This document shows, piece by piece, positions 1 to 9,229 of a DNA stretch of 48,715 bases. The DNA comes from Bacilli bacterium (lineage in GTDB: Bacteria > Bacillota_I > Bacilli_A > RF39 > UBA660). Positions within the stretch are counted from its first letter, which is position 1. The number at the start of each line of letters is the position of its first letter. Under the pieces are notes generated by a model. The model searched no databases, was not told the origin of the DNA, and saw only the letters and a list, made by a program, of their open reading frames with translations. A program made the position numbers and the translations under genes. Location: NCBI GenBank assembly GCA_007116005.1, contig SKJH01000043.1, positions 1-48,715 of the forward strand. The letters are read 5' to 3'.

Positions 1-27
1 AAATTAACTTATACAAATAACAAATAG

Positions 28-56
28 TTGACAAAAAAAACAAAATTTGTTATTAT
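28..56 (+). promoter_or_regulatory. sigma-A type promoter for the asnB-asnS leader (TTGACA-17 nt-TATTAT)
   Basis: TTGACA at 28-33, a 17-nt spacer, TATTAT at 51-56. It lies directly upstream of T-box leader 1. Confidence 0.6.
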
Positions 57-62
57 TCCATC

Positions 63-318
63 AAGACGTTGAAGAGAGAAGTAATATAAGAAACTGTTTA
101 AAGTGAGCTTGGTATAGTGGAAACAAGCAAATAAGACTTATATAAATAACACTTGGAGTCGCCTAAAGAATAAAGTAGACTAGGCCGGAGGTAACCCGTT
201 AGAAATTACTTAAGCTTAAATGAGCTGATGAGAGGTTAAGTTATTACTTAACAATTTGGGTGGCAACGCGGATAACAGTTATTCGTCCCTATTATAGGGA
301 TAGTAACTGTTTTTTTAT
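63..318 (+). promoter_or_regulatory. T-box leader 1 (tRNA-Asn specific) with intrinsic terminator
   Basis: Stem I GA motif (GAAGAGAG, about 71-79). Specifier loop reads AAUAAC-A, with AAC at 148-150. T-box motif AATTTGGGTGGCAACGCGG at 253-271. Terminator stem AACAGTTA..TAACTGTT plus T7 at 273-317. Confidence 0.85.
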
Positions 319-383
319 TGGAAGGGTGATAATTTGGAAGAAAAACAAAAAAATAATGAGGAAAAAAAAATAAAATATATAAA

Positions 384-637
384 GACTGTGAAAAGAGAAG
401 TAATATAAGAAATTATTTAAAGTGAGCTTGGTATAGTGTGAACAAGTAAATAAGACTTATATGAATAACACTTGGAGTCGCCTAAAGAATAAAGTAGACT
501 AGGCCGGATGTAACCCGTTAGAAATTACTATGCTTAATAGAGCTAATAAGAGGTTAAGATTTTCTTAACAATCTGGGTGGTACCGCGGATAACAGTTATT
601 CGTCCCTTTATAGGGATGAGTAGCTGTTTTTTTATAA
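384..637 (+). promoter_or_regulatory. T-box leader 2 (tRNA-Asn specific) with intrinsic terminator
   Basis: Near-identical copy of leader 1. Specifier AAC at 467-469 followed by A. Canonical T-box AATCTGGGTGGTACCGCGG at 571-589. Terminator plus T-tract at 589-637. Confidence 0.88.
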
Positions 638-658
638 AAAAATAAAGGAGATGATATT

Positions 659-2248
659 ATGTGTGGTTTTATGTTTAGTGAAAAAAGGGGAATAAAAGAA
701 AAATTTGAGGTTGAATTTGAGAAAATAAAATATAGGGGTCCTGATATGACTAAAGTAATTGAGGATGAAAGCGGTATATGGGGATTTCATAGGTTATCTA
801 TAATGGATCTATCTGATGCAGGAATGCAACCATTTATGCTTGATGATGGTAGTAAATCTATTTGCAATGGAGAAATATATGGATTTAGAAAATTAAAAGA
901 AGAACTTGAATTTGATTTTAAGTCAGAAAGTGATTGTGAGATTATTCTTCCATTATGGAAAAAATATAAAACAGAAATGTTTACCAAGTTAGATGCTGAG
1001 TACGCTTGTGTTATATATGATGGGATTGAAAAAGAAATAATTGCAGCTAGGGATCCTATAGGAATTAGACCAATGTTTTATGGATATACTGAAGATGATA
1101 AAATCATGTTTGCTAGTGAAGTTAAAGCAATACAGCATTTATGCGTTACTGTAAAATCATTCCCTCCAGGGTGTTACTATTATAAAGGAAAAATTGTAAA
1201 ATATTATGATGCAACAAAACATAGTGAGTTTATAGATGATGATATCGATACTATAACAAAAGGAATCAACGATAGGCTAACAGATGGAATAATAAAGCGA
1301 CTTGATGCAGATGCTCCTCTTGGTTTCTTGCTAAGCGGTGGTTTAGATTCCAGTTTAGTTTGTAGTATTGCAGCGCGTTGGTTAAGCGAAAACGGGGGCA
1401 AAAGAATAAGAACATTCGCTATAGGAATGGAAGAAGATGCAATAGACTTAAAATATGCTAAAGTAGTAGCAGATTATATAGATAGTGATCATACGGAAAT
1501 TATAATTAGTAAAGAAGATGTATTAAGTTGTTTAGAAGAAGTCATATATGCTTTAGAAACTTATGATATAACCACTATAAGAGCGTCTATTGGAATGTAT
1601 TTGCTTTGCAAATACATAAGGAATAATACAGACGTTAAGGTTCTTCTTACTGGAGAAATAAGCGATGAAATATTTGGATATAAATATACAGACTTTGCAC
1701 CTAGTGCATTAGAATTTCAAAAAGAAAGCGAAAAGAGAATAAAAGAAATTTATATGTATGATGTTTTAAGAACTGATAGATCTATATCATCAAACAGTAT
1801 AGAAGCTAGAGTACCATTTGGGGATTTGAAGTTTGTAGATTATGTGATTGGTATAAATCCAGAAAAAAAGATGAACATATATAACAAAGGTAAATATTTG
1901 TTAAGGCAAGCATTTAAAGATGATTACTTACCAGAATCAATATTACAAAGAGAAAAAGCTGCATTTAGTGATGCTGTAGGACATTCTTTAGCGGATTGTA
2001 TAAAAGAGTATGCTGAAAAATTGTATAGTGAAGGAACGTTTATTGAAAAATGTAAAAAGTATGAGTATCATGCTGCTCCATATACAAAAGAATCTTTGTT
2101 GTATAGAGAAATCTTTGAAAGATTTTATCCGAGAAAAGCAAAACTAGTTGCAGGTTATTGGTTGCCAAATAAAGAGTGGAAAGCTTTAAAAGATGTAACG
2201 GATCCATCAGCAAGAGTACTTTCAAATTATGGAGCTAGCGGGAAATAA
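659..2248 (+). CDS. asnB: asparagine synthetase (glutamine-hydrolysing)
   Basis: N-terminal MCG (Ntn amidotransferase Cys2). PP-loop SGGLDSS. 529 aa. SD AAAGGAG upstream. Confidence 0.9.
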   Translation: MCGFMFSEKRGIKEKFEVEFEKIKYRGPDMTKVIEDESGIWGFHRLSIMDLSDAGMQPFMLDDGSKSICNGEIYGFRKLKEELEFDFKSESDCEIILPLWKKYKTEMFTKLDAEYACVIYDGIEKEIIAARDPIGIRPMFYGYTEDDKIMFASEVKAIQHLCVTVKSFPPGCYYYKGKIVKYYDATKHSEFIDDDIDTITKGINDRLTDGIIKRLDADAPLGFLLSGGLDSSLVCSIAARWLSENGGKRIRTFAIGMEEDAIDLKYAKVVADYIDSDHTEIIISKEDVLSCLEEVIYALETYDITTIRASIGMYLLCKYIRNNTDVKVLLTGEISDEIFGYKYTDFAPSALEFQKESEKRIKEIYMYDVLRTDRSISSNSIEARVPFGDLKFVDYVIGINPEKKMNIYNKGKYLLRQAFKDDYLPESILQREKAAFSDAVGHSLADCIKEYAEKLYSEGTFIEKCKKYEYHAAPYTKESLLYREIFERFYPRKAKLVAGYWLPNKEWKALKDVTDPSARVLSNYGASGK

Positions 2249-2278
2249 TGTGTTATAATATATGTTAGGAGTGATAAT

Positions 2279-3661
2279 ATGACGATTGATGTTAGACAAA
2301 TATATAAAGAAAATTATTTAAACAAAGAAGTAGTGTTAGAAGGATGGATTAGGAATCATAGAAAACAAAAAGAGTTTGGTTTTATAGACTTTTATGATGG
2401 AACTTATTTTAAAACATTACAAGTTGTTTATGATGATAAACTTGATTCTTTTGATGAAATACAAAAATATAGGATAGGTAGTGCAATAAAAGTAATTGGT
2501 ACTATTATAGAGTCTCCGGCTAAGGGTCAAGATTTTGAACTTCAAGTTAAAGAGATGATACTAGAAGGTGATTGTCCTGAGGATTATCCTATACAACCTA
2601 AAAGACATTCAAGAGAGTTTTTAAGAGAAGTTGGATATCTTAGACCTAGAACGAATTTATTTCAAGCTCTATTTAGAGTAAGAAGTATTGCAGCTGCCGC
2701 AATACATAATTATTTTCAGGAGAAAGGGTATGTATATTTGCATGCACCTATAATTACAGGGAGTGATTGTGAAGGGGCAGGTGAAATGTTTAAAGTAACT
2801 ACATTAGATTTAGAAAAGTTACCAAAAGATAAAGATAGTAATGTAGATTATAAAGCAGATTTTTTTGGAAAAGAAACTGCTTTAACAGTTTCTGGGCAAC
2901 TACAAGGTGAAGCGTTTGCTCTGGCTTATAAAAGAATATATACTTTTGGACCCACATTTAGAGCCGAAAATTCAAACACCAAAACTCATGCTTCAGAATT
3001 TTGGATGATAGAACCAGAACTTGCTTTTTGTGATTTAAATATGATAATGGATGTAGAAGAAGATTTCTTAAAATATGTAATAAAATATGTTTTAGATAAT
3101 GCAAAAGAAGAAATGAATTTTTTTGAAAAGTTTGTTGAACCTGGAATAATAAAAAAATTACAGGATGTGTTAAGTAGTAAAGCTGCAAAGGTTACACATA
3201 AAGAAGCTATGGATATTTTAATTAATTCAGGCAGAAAGTTTGATAATAGCCCAACTCATGGTGAGGATTTTGCAAAAGAACATGAAAAATATTTAACAGA
3301 AGAACATTTTAAATCACCAGTTTTTGTAACAGATTGGCCGAAAGATATTAAAGCATTTTATATGAGATTAAATGATGATAAAGAAACTGTAGCAGCAGTA
3401 GATTTATTAGTTCCTGGTGCAGGTGAATTAATGGGTGGATCTCAAAGAGAAGAGAGACTTGATTATTTAATGAAAATGATGGAAAAAAAGAAAATCGAAA
3501 TTGGTGATATGGATTGGTATTTGAAATTAAGAACTTATGGAGGAGTTAAACATTCTGGTTTTGGAATGGGTTTTGAAAGATTGTTAATATATTTAACAGG
3601 AGTAGAAAATATAAGAGATGTAATTCCTTTCCCTAGAACGCCAAACAACTGTGAATTCTAA
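2279..3661 (+). CDS. asnS: asparaginyl-tRNA synthetase
   Basis: Class IIb motifs FRAENSNTKTHASEFWMIEPE and GFGMGFERLLIYLTG..PFPRTP. 460 aa with an N-terminal OB fold. Confidence 0.92.
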   Translation: MTIDVRQIYKENYLNKEVVLEGWIRNHRKQKEFGFIDFYDGTYFKTLQVVYDDKLDSFDEIQKYRIGSAIKVIGTIIESPAKGQDFELQVKEMILEGDCPEDYPIQPKRHSREFLREVGYLRPRTNLFQALFRVRSIAAAAIHNYFQEKGYVYLHAPIITGSDCEGAGEMFKVTTLDLEKLPKDKDSNVDYKADFFGKETALTVSGQLQGEAFALAYKRIYTFGPTFRAENSNTKTHASEFWMIEPELAFCDLNMIMDVEEDFLKYVIKYVLDNAKEEMNFFEKFVEPGIIKKLQDVLSSKAAKVTHKEAMDILINSGRKFDNSPTHGEDFAKEHEKYLTEEHFKSPVFVTDWPKDIKAFYMRLNDDKETVAAVDLLVPGAGELMGGSQREERLDYLMKMMEKKKIEIGDMDWYLKLRTYGGVKHSGFGMGFERLLIYLTGVENIRDVIPFPRTPNNCEF

Positions 3662-3708
3662 AGTATAAAAATAAATACTTAGTAGATAATATTAACGGGT
3701 GTTAATAT

Positions 3709-4236
3709 ATGAAAAAACTACTAAGTATTTTTCTTTTTTGTTTATTAGTAGGGTGTACAAACAATAATACACCTAAAGAAGAGGTAGAAGCGTTGTTTTA
3801 TAAATTTAATTCATTGGATACAGAAGTTATAAGTCAACTTGATAATGCAATAAATAATACTAATATGAATGACACACATAAAAAAAGATATAAAGACATA
3901 TTTATAAAACAATATAAAAATTTAAAACACAACATAAAAGAAGAAAATATAATAAATACTAATGCAATAGTTATAACTGAAATAGAAGTATATGATTTGA
4001 ACTATGTAAGGAAAAATTTAGATATGTATTTAGATGAGGATCCTGACATATTTGATGATTCGCAAGGAGTTTTTAATGATGATGATTATTGGGACTATAA
4101 ATTAACTAAAATGGAAAGTACAACAAAAAGAGTAAAATATATATTAGAATTGTCACTTACTAGAATAGATGGTATATGGATATTAGATAATTTGATAGAT
4201 TCAGAAAGAAAAAAAATACACGGGTTATATAATTAA
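3709..4236 (+). CDS. hypothetical lipoprotein
   Basis: Signal peptide with lipobox LLVGC. No recognisable catalytic motif. Confidence 0.6.
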   Translation: MKKLLSIFLFCLLVGCTNNNTPKEEVEALFYKFNSLDTEVISQLDNAINNTNMNDTHKKRYKDIFIKQYKNLKHNIKEENIINTNAIVITEIEVYDLNYVRKNLDMYLDEDPDIFDDSQGVFNDDDYWDYKLTKMESTTKRVKYILELSLTRIDGIWILDNLIDSERKKIHGLYN

Positions 4237-4290
4237 TATATAAAGGACTAAATCAGTCTTTTTTTTCATATAACTTTATTAGGTGATATT

Positions 4291-5358
4291 GTGATAAAGT
4301 TAATAGTAATTTTAATATTATCTCTTTCTTTTCAAACAAGAGTTATATCAATTTCTGCTGAATCAGTAATACTTATGGATCAAGGTAGTGGAAGGATACT
4401 ATATGCAAAAAACATTGATAATCAAAAATTAATAGCAAGTATAACAAAAATAATGACAGCAGTTTTAGCAATAGAGTCAAAAAAATTGGATGAAGTAGTA
4501 AAAATTGATGAAAAAATATTAAAAGCCTATGGATCAAATATATATATTGAGATTAATGAAGAAATAAGATTAAAAGATTTAATATATGGTTTAATGTTAA
4601 GAAGTGGGAATGATGCCGCTATAGCAATAGCAAATTTTGTATCTAATGATGAGGAAGCTTTTGTTCAATTAATGAATAAAAAAGCAAATAAACTTGGAAT
4701 GAAAAATACTGTTTTTTGTAATCCTCATGGATTAGATGAAAAATGCGATAATTTATCTACTGCAAGAGATATGGCTATTTTAACAAAATATGCTAATTCT
4801 ATTAATATATATAAACAAATATCAGGTACAAAAAGATATGTTACAAAAAGCAATTTAAAAACGTATGATTGGTATAATAAAAACAAATTACTTAGTACGT
4901 ATAAATATACAACTGGAGGTAAAACCGGATATACAGAGCGTGCTAGAAGAACCCTTGTTACCACGGCTTCAAAAAATAATTTAGATCTTATAGTAGTAAC
5001 ACTTAATGATCCTAATGATTTTAAAAATCACCAACAACTATATGAATATGGTTTTAATAATTATTATAATTATCTAGTATTAAATAAAGAAACATTTAAT
5101 TTGGATAATGATTTTTATTCTCACCCTTTATATATAAATTATAGTTATTATTATCCTTTAAAAAAAGAGGAAACAGAAACTATAAGTTTAAAGATAAAAT
5201 TATATAAAAATTATCATCCTAAGGATAATGAACAAGTAGGTGTTATAGAAGTTTATAAAAAAAGAAATAAAATTCATGAAGAACCTATATATATAAAAAT
5301 TAAGAGAGAACACTCTAGAAAAAGTTTTTTTAGAAGGTTATTAAGATTATTTAGATGA
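4291..5358 (+). CDS. dacB: D-alanyl-D-alanine carboxypeptidase, sporulation-type (DacB-like)
   Basis: SITK (SxxK), SGN and KTG(Y)T motifs. GTG start after GGTGAT. 4-nt ATGA overlap with spmA, matching the B. subtilis dacB-spmA-spmB operon. Confidence 0.85.
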   Translation: MIKLIVILILSLSFQTRVISISAESVILMDQGSGRILYAKNIDNQKLIASITKIMTAVLAIESKKLDEVVKIDEKILKAYGSNIYIEINEEIRLKDLIYGLMLRSGNDAAIAIANFVSNDEEAFVQLMNKKANKLGMKNTVFCNPHGLDEKCDNLSTARDMAILTKYANSINIYKQISGTKRYVTKSNLKTYDWYNKNKLLSTYKYTTGGKTGYTERARRTLVTTASKNNLDLIVVTLNDPNDFKNHQQLYEYGFNNYYNYLVLNKETFNLDNDFYSHPLYINYSYYYPLKKEETETISLKIKLYKNYHPKDNEQVGVIEVYKKRNKIHEEPIYIKIKREHSRKSFFRRLLRLFR

Positions 5359-5942
5359 TAAATAAAATTTGGTGTTTTTTTATAGTAGTAGGAATTATAT
5401 ATGGGTTTATAAGTGGTAATATTGAAAATATAAATAAAGAGATTATAAGTAGTGCAAAAAAAGCGTTAGAAATGTTTTTAAATATTTTTCCAATTATAAT
5501 ATTATGGATGGGAATAATGACAATAGCACTTGAAACAGGATTATTAAGTAAAATAGCAAATCTCTTTGCGCCTGTTTTATCAAGAATATTCCCTGAAATA
5601 CCTAAAAAACATGAATCGATGGGATTAATTTCGTCAAATTTAATAATTAATATGTTTGGACTTGGAAGTGCTGCAACACCTATAGGGTTAAAAGCTATGA
5701 AATCGTTAAATAAATTAAATAATAACAGTGATACTGTATCAAGAAGTATGATAACTTTTCTTGCTATAAATACAAGTGGATTGACTTTTGTGCCCACTAC
5801 GGTAATATCTCTTAGAATGTTACATAATAGTAATAACCCAACAGAAATTATAATATCAACTATTATGGCCACTCTTTGTTCTACTATAACAGCGATTATC
5901 ATAGACAAAATATTTTATAGAATTTATAAGGATAAAATATGA
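5355..5942 (+). CDS. spmA: spore maturation protein A
   Basis: Polytopic nucleoside-recognition type membrane protein. FPEIPKKHESMG and GLGSAATPIGLKAM resemble B. subtilis SpmA. Overlaps both dacB and spmB. Confidence 0.85.
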   Translation: MINKIWCFFIVVGIIYGFISGNIENINKEIISSAKKALEMFLNIFPIIILWMGIMTIALETGLLSKIANLFAPVLSRIFPEIPKKHESMGLISSNLIINMFGLGSAATPIGLKAMKSLNKLNNNSDTVSRSMITFLAINTSGLTFVPTTVISLRMLHNSNNPTEIIISTIMATLCSTITAIIIDKIFYRIYKDKI

Positions 5943-6466
5943 GTATTGTATATATATCGAATATAATTCTACCAATATTGGTATTAATAATATTAATATA
6001 TGGTATAAAGAAAAAACAAAATGTCTATGATTTGTTTATAAAAGGTGCAAAAGAAGGGCTCGATATAGGAATAACAATATTTCCGCCATTAATTGCAATG
6101 TTGTTATCTGTTAATATTTTATTATCAAGTGGATTTATTGATTTAATATTATCTATGTTAAATCCATTAATATCCTTAATAAAAATTCCAATTGAAATAT
6201 TACCGATGGCATTAATGAGACCTATATCTGGTAACACTAGTTTAATTTTAATGTCAAATATATTTCAAAGTTATGGTGTTGATAGTTTTCTTGGTAGATT
6301 AGCGTCTACAATACAAGGAAGTACAGATACTACCTTATATATATTAACATTATATTTTGGTTCAATTGGAATAAAAAAAATAAGATACGCAATGATAGTT
6401 GGTTTGTTAGCAGATTTAGTGGGTATAATAGCAAGTATAATAATAGTAAGACTTATTTTTGGGTAA
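5939..6466 (+). CDS. spmB: spore maturation protein B
   Basis: 175-aa membrane protein. ATGA overlap with spmA. Position conserved after dacB-spmA. Confidence 0.8.
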   Translation: MSIVYISNIILPILVLIILIYGIKKKQNVYDLFIKGAKEGLDIGITIFPPLIAMLLSVNILLSSGFIDLILSMLNPLISLIKIPIEILPMALMRPISGNTSLILMSNIFQSYGVDSFLGRLASTIQGSTDTTLYILTLYFGSIGIKKIRYAMIVGLLADLVGIIASIIIVRLIFG

Positions 6467-6526
6467 CTTTTGATAATAATATAGATTAATAGTAATCTTT
6501 ATTATATAATAAGCTTGGTGATATAA

Positions 6527-7246
6527 ATGGAAAGATTACAAAAAGTAATTGCAGAAAGCGGTTATTGTTCTAGAAGAAAAGCAGAGGAATTAATAATTAA
6601 AGGAAAAGTTTTAGTTAATGGTGAAATTATAGATAAGTTAGGTACAAAAGTTGATAATAGTGATAGTATAACTATAAATGGTTCGAAGTTAGAAAAACAA
6701 GATAAGGAATATTATTTGTTTTATAAACCTAGAGGTGTTGTTAGTACAACATCAGATGATAAAAAAAGAAAAACAGTATTAGATTATTTTGATACAAACA
6801 AAAGACTTTATCCTGTGGGTAGATTAGATTATGACACGACAGGATTACTTATAGTTACTAATGATGGCGATTTTGCTAATATGTTAATGCACCCTAAAAA
6901 TAAAATTGAAAAAGTATATATTGCAAAATTAGAGGGTATTATTAAAGGTGAAGATATTAATAAATTAAAACAAGGTGTAATAATAGAGGGGAAAAAATGC
7001 GTTCCAAATAGAGTTAAGTTAAAAAAAATTGATAAAAAAACAAATAAATCTATAATTGAAATAACAATACATGAAGGAAAAAATCATGAAGTAAAAAAAA
7101 TGTTTAAAAGTGTAGGTTTTAATGTATCTAAATTAAAAAGAGAAAGAATTGAGTTTCTTACTCTTAAGGGGTTATCTTCAGGAGAATATAGGAAATTAAC
7201 TCCTAAAGAAATAAAACAATTATATAATATTGTAAAAATCAATTAA
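6527..7246 (+). CDS. rluB: 23S rRNA pseudouridine synthase, RsuA/RluB family
   Basis: N-terminal S4 domain (RLQKVIAESGYCSRRKAEELI). Catalytic GRLDYDTTGLL motif. Confidence 0.85.
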   Translation: MERLQKVIAESGYCSRRKAEELIIKGKVLVNGEIIDKLGTKVDNSDSITINGSKLEKQDKEYYLFYKPRGVVSTTSDDKKRKTVLDYFDTNKRLYPVGRLDYDTTGLLIVTNDGDFANMLMHPKNKIEKVYIAKLEGIIKGEDINKLKQGVIIEGKKCVPNRVKLKKIDKKTNKSIIEITIHEGKNHEVKKMFKSVGFNVSKLKRERIEFLTLKGLSSGEYRKLTPKEIKQLYNIVKIN

Positions 7247-7278
7247 AAAGATTATAGCAAATTTACTATAATCTTTTT
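7245..7278. terminator. bidirectional intrinsic terminator between rluB and the ferredoxin gene
   Basis: 11-bp stem AAAGATTATAG (7247-7257) / CTATAATCTTT (7266-7276), flanked by A-run and T-run. Confidence 0.6.
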
Positions 7279-7468
7279 ATTCAACTTTTAATATAGCGTC
7301 TGTTGGACAATTTTCTAAAGCATCAACTGCTGAACCTCTAGAATCATCTTCAACTGTATCTGTACTTACATATGCAAGGCCGTTGTCATCAAAAGCGTAA
7401 ACTTCCGGACAAGAACTAACGCAAATTCCACAACCTATACATTTTTCTTTTTCAACTTTTAGTTTCAT
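7277..7468 (-). CDS. small [4Fe-4S] ferredoxin
   Basis: CIGCGICVSSCP plus distal CPTDAI cysteine ligands. 63 aa. Confidence 0.85.
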   Translation of the reverse strand: MKLKVEKEKCIGCGICVSSCPEVYAFDDNGLAYVSTDTVEDDSRGSAVDALENCPTDAILKVE

Positions 7469-7572
7469 AAACTCACCACCATTTTAATTATAAACACAAA
7501 AAATCACAAAATCAATCTTTATATTTAAAAAAATGTAAAAATGTGATATTATTATTGTAGGCAGGTGATATT

Positions 7573-8397
7573 ATGAAGTCAAGGATGGAAAGATATTACA
7601 AAGAAGAAAATGTACCCAGTAGAACAACTAAAAATGACATGTTATATGATGAAATATATAATAACAAAAAAGAACCTGCAAGTAATGTTACTGTACTGGA
7701 TAATATAAGTGAAATAGATATAAGTAAAATTAAATCTATTATAAATAATAGAGAAGACTATAAAAAGATAAAAGAATATAAAAAATTAATCAACTCTGAT
7801 CAAAATTATAATAATAATGAACTAGACTATAATTTTGAAGATTTAGAAGAAAAAAATTATGATATAAATGAAATTTTGGAAAGAAAAAGAAGTAATAGGA
7901 ATTCTTTTGATGAAGGCGAGAAAATAAGAAAAATTTCTAATACACAATATGACATTTTAAAAGGATTAAGTGTTAACGAAGAAGTTGATGAACAAGAAGA
8001 AATGGATATGGAATTTTTTACTCAAGAAAAACAATTAAAAACACTTATTAGTAATATAACAAAAGGAAAAGAAGAAATAAAAGATACAAAGAAAACTTCA
8101 TGTGATCTTTTTGAAAATTTAAAAGGTGATGAAAATACAAGGATAACATCTCCTGTAAAAAACAATAATACTACTAATATAAATAATAAAGAACAAATAA
8201 AAGATGAAGATACCTTTTATACATCTAAAATGGCTTTTGCAAAAGATGATTTTGAGGAATTAGAACAATTAAAAACAAAAGTAAATAAAACGGGAAAAAT
8301 AATGAAATTTTTAATAGTATTAGTAATATTGTTTGTATTATTTATAGGGTTTATTATAGCTAGTAATTATATTGATTTTAAGGCATTATTAAATTAG
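7573..8397 (+). CDS. hypothetical tail-anchored membrane protein (K/E/N-rich, single C-terminal TM)
   Basis: SD GGTGAT+ATG. Low-complexity charged body. TM FLIVLVILFVLFIGFIIA near the C-terminus. Confidence 0.5.
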   Translation: MKSRMERYYKEENVPSRTTKNDMLYDEIYNNKKEPASNVTVLDNISEIDISKIKSIINNREDYKKIKEYKKLINSDQNYNNNELDYNFEDLEEKNYDINEILERKRSNRNSFDEGEKIRKISNTQYDILKGLSVNEEVDEQEEMDMEFFTQEKQLKTLISNITKGKEEIKDTKKTSCDLFENLKGDENTRITSPVKNNNTTNINNKEQIKDEDTFYTSKMAFAKDDFEELEQLKTKVNKTGKIMKFLIVLVILFVLFIGFIIASNYIDFKALLN

Positions 8398-8430
8398 TGT
8401 CTTTTTTCATATATATTATTAGGTGATTAT

Positions 8431-9189
8431 ATGCGAAAAAAAATAAAAATGAGAAGGAAAAGAAAAATCGACAAATTATCTCTATACATTATTGTTATAA
8501 TTTTGTTAATTATGTCGATAATAATGGGTTTAGTTTTTGTTAATAAGAAATTTTCTCCTGTTTTGTTAAATTATGCAGAAATAGAGACAAGAAAATTATC
8601 GACTATGATAATAAATAGGGCTATAACTAAACAACTTGCAAATGGTATAGAAGTAGATAAATTATTTAATGTAATTAAAAACAATGATGGTGATATACAA
8701 AGTGTTGATTTTAACCCTGCTATTGTAAATAAAGTTTTAAGCACAACTACTAATATTGTGCAACTATATTTAAGGGCGATAGAACAAGGGAATATTGATT
8801 TATTAGAATTATCAGATGATATATCACTAGATGTTGGTAAAGAAAAATTAAAAAAAGGAATAATTTATGAAATTCCAATTGGAGTAGTTACAGGAAGTTC
8901 AATATTATCAAATTTAGGTCCTAGAATTCCTGTTAGATTAAATATAATTGGAGATGTAGTTAGTAATATTAGAACAGAAATAAGACCATATGGAATAAAT
9001 AACGCGCTTGTTGAAGTGTTTGTTCATATACAAGTTTCAGAACAAGTAAATATTCCATTTATGTCAAAAAGAATTTTAGTTTCATCTGATATTCCTGTTG
9101 CTATGAAATTAATACAAGGAAGAGTACCGACTTATTATGGTAGTGGAATAACAACAGATTCAAATATATTTACTATACCAATAGAATAA
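8431..9189 (+). CDS. yunB: sporulation protein YunB
   Basis: Basic N-terminus plus TM, then a body resembling B. subtilis YunB (..AITKQLA..DGDIQSVDFN..VNKVLS..). Confidence 0.7.
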   Translation: MRKKIKMRRKRKIDKLSLYIIVIILLIMSIIMGLVFVNKKFSPVLLNYAEIETRKLSTMIINRAITKQLANGIEVDKLFNVIKNNDGDIQSVDFNPAIVNKVLSTTTNIVQLYLRAIEQGNIDLLELSDDISLDVGKEKLKKGIIYEIPIGVVTGSSILSNLGPRIPVRLNIIGDVVSNIRTEIRPYGINNALVEVFVHIQVSEQVNIPFMSKRILVSSDIPVAMKLIQGRVPTYYGSGITTDSNIFTIPIE

Positions 9190-9229
9190 TCAATAAATTT
9201 ATGATATATTTATAATAGTAGGTGATAAT

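Noticed and set aside
5351-5908. 185-aa ORF on the minus strand, fully antisense to spmA
   Set aside because: It lies entirely inside a well-supported membrane-protein gene. Its I/L/N/F-rich translation is what the antisense frame of an AT-rich gene typically gives. It has no SD.
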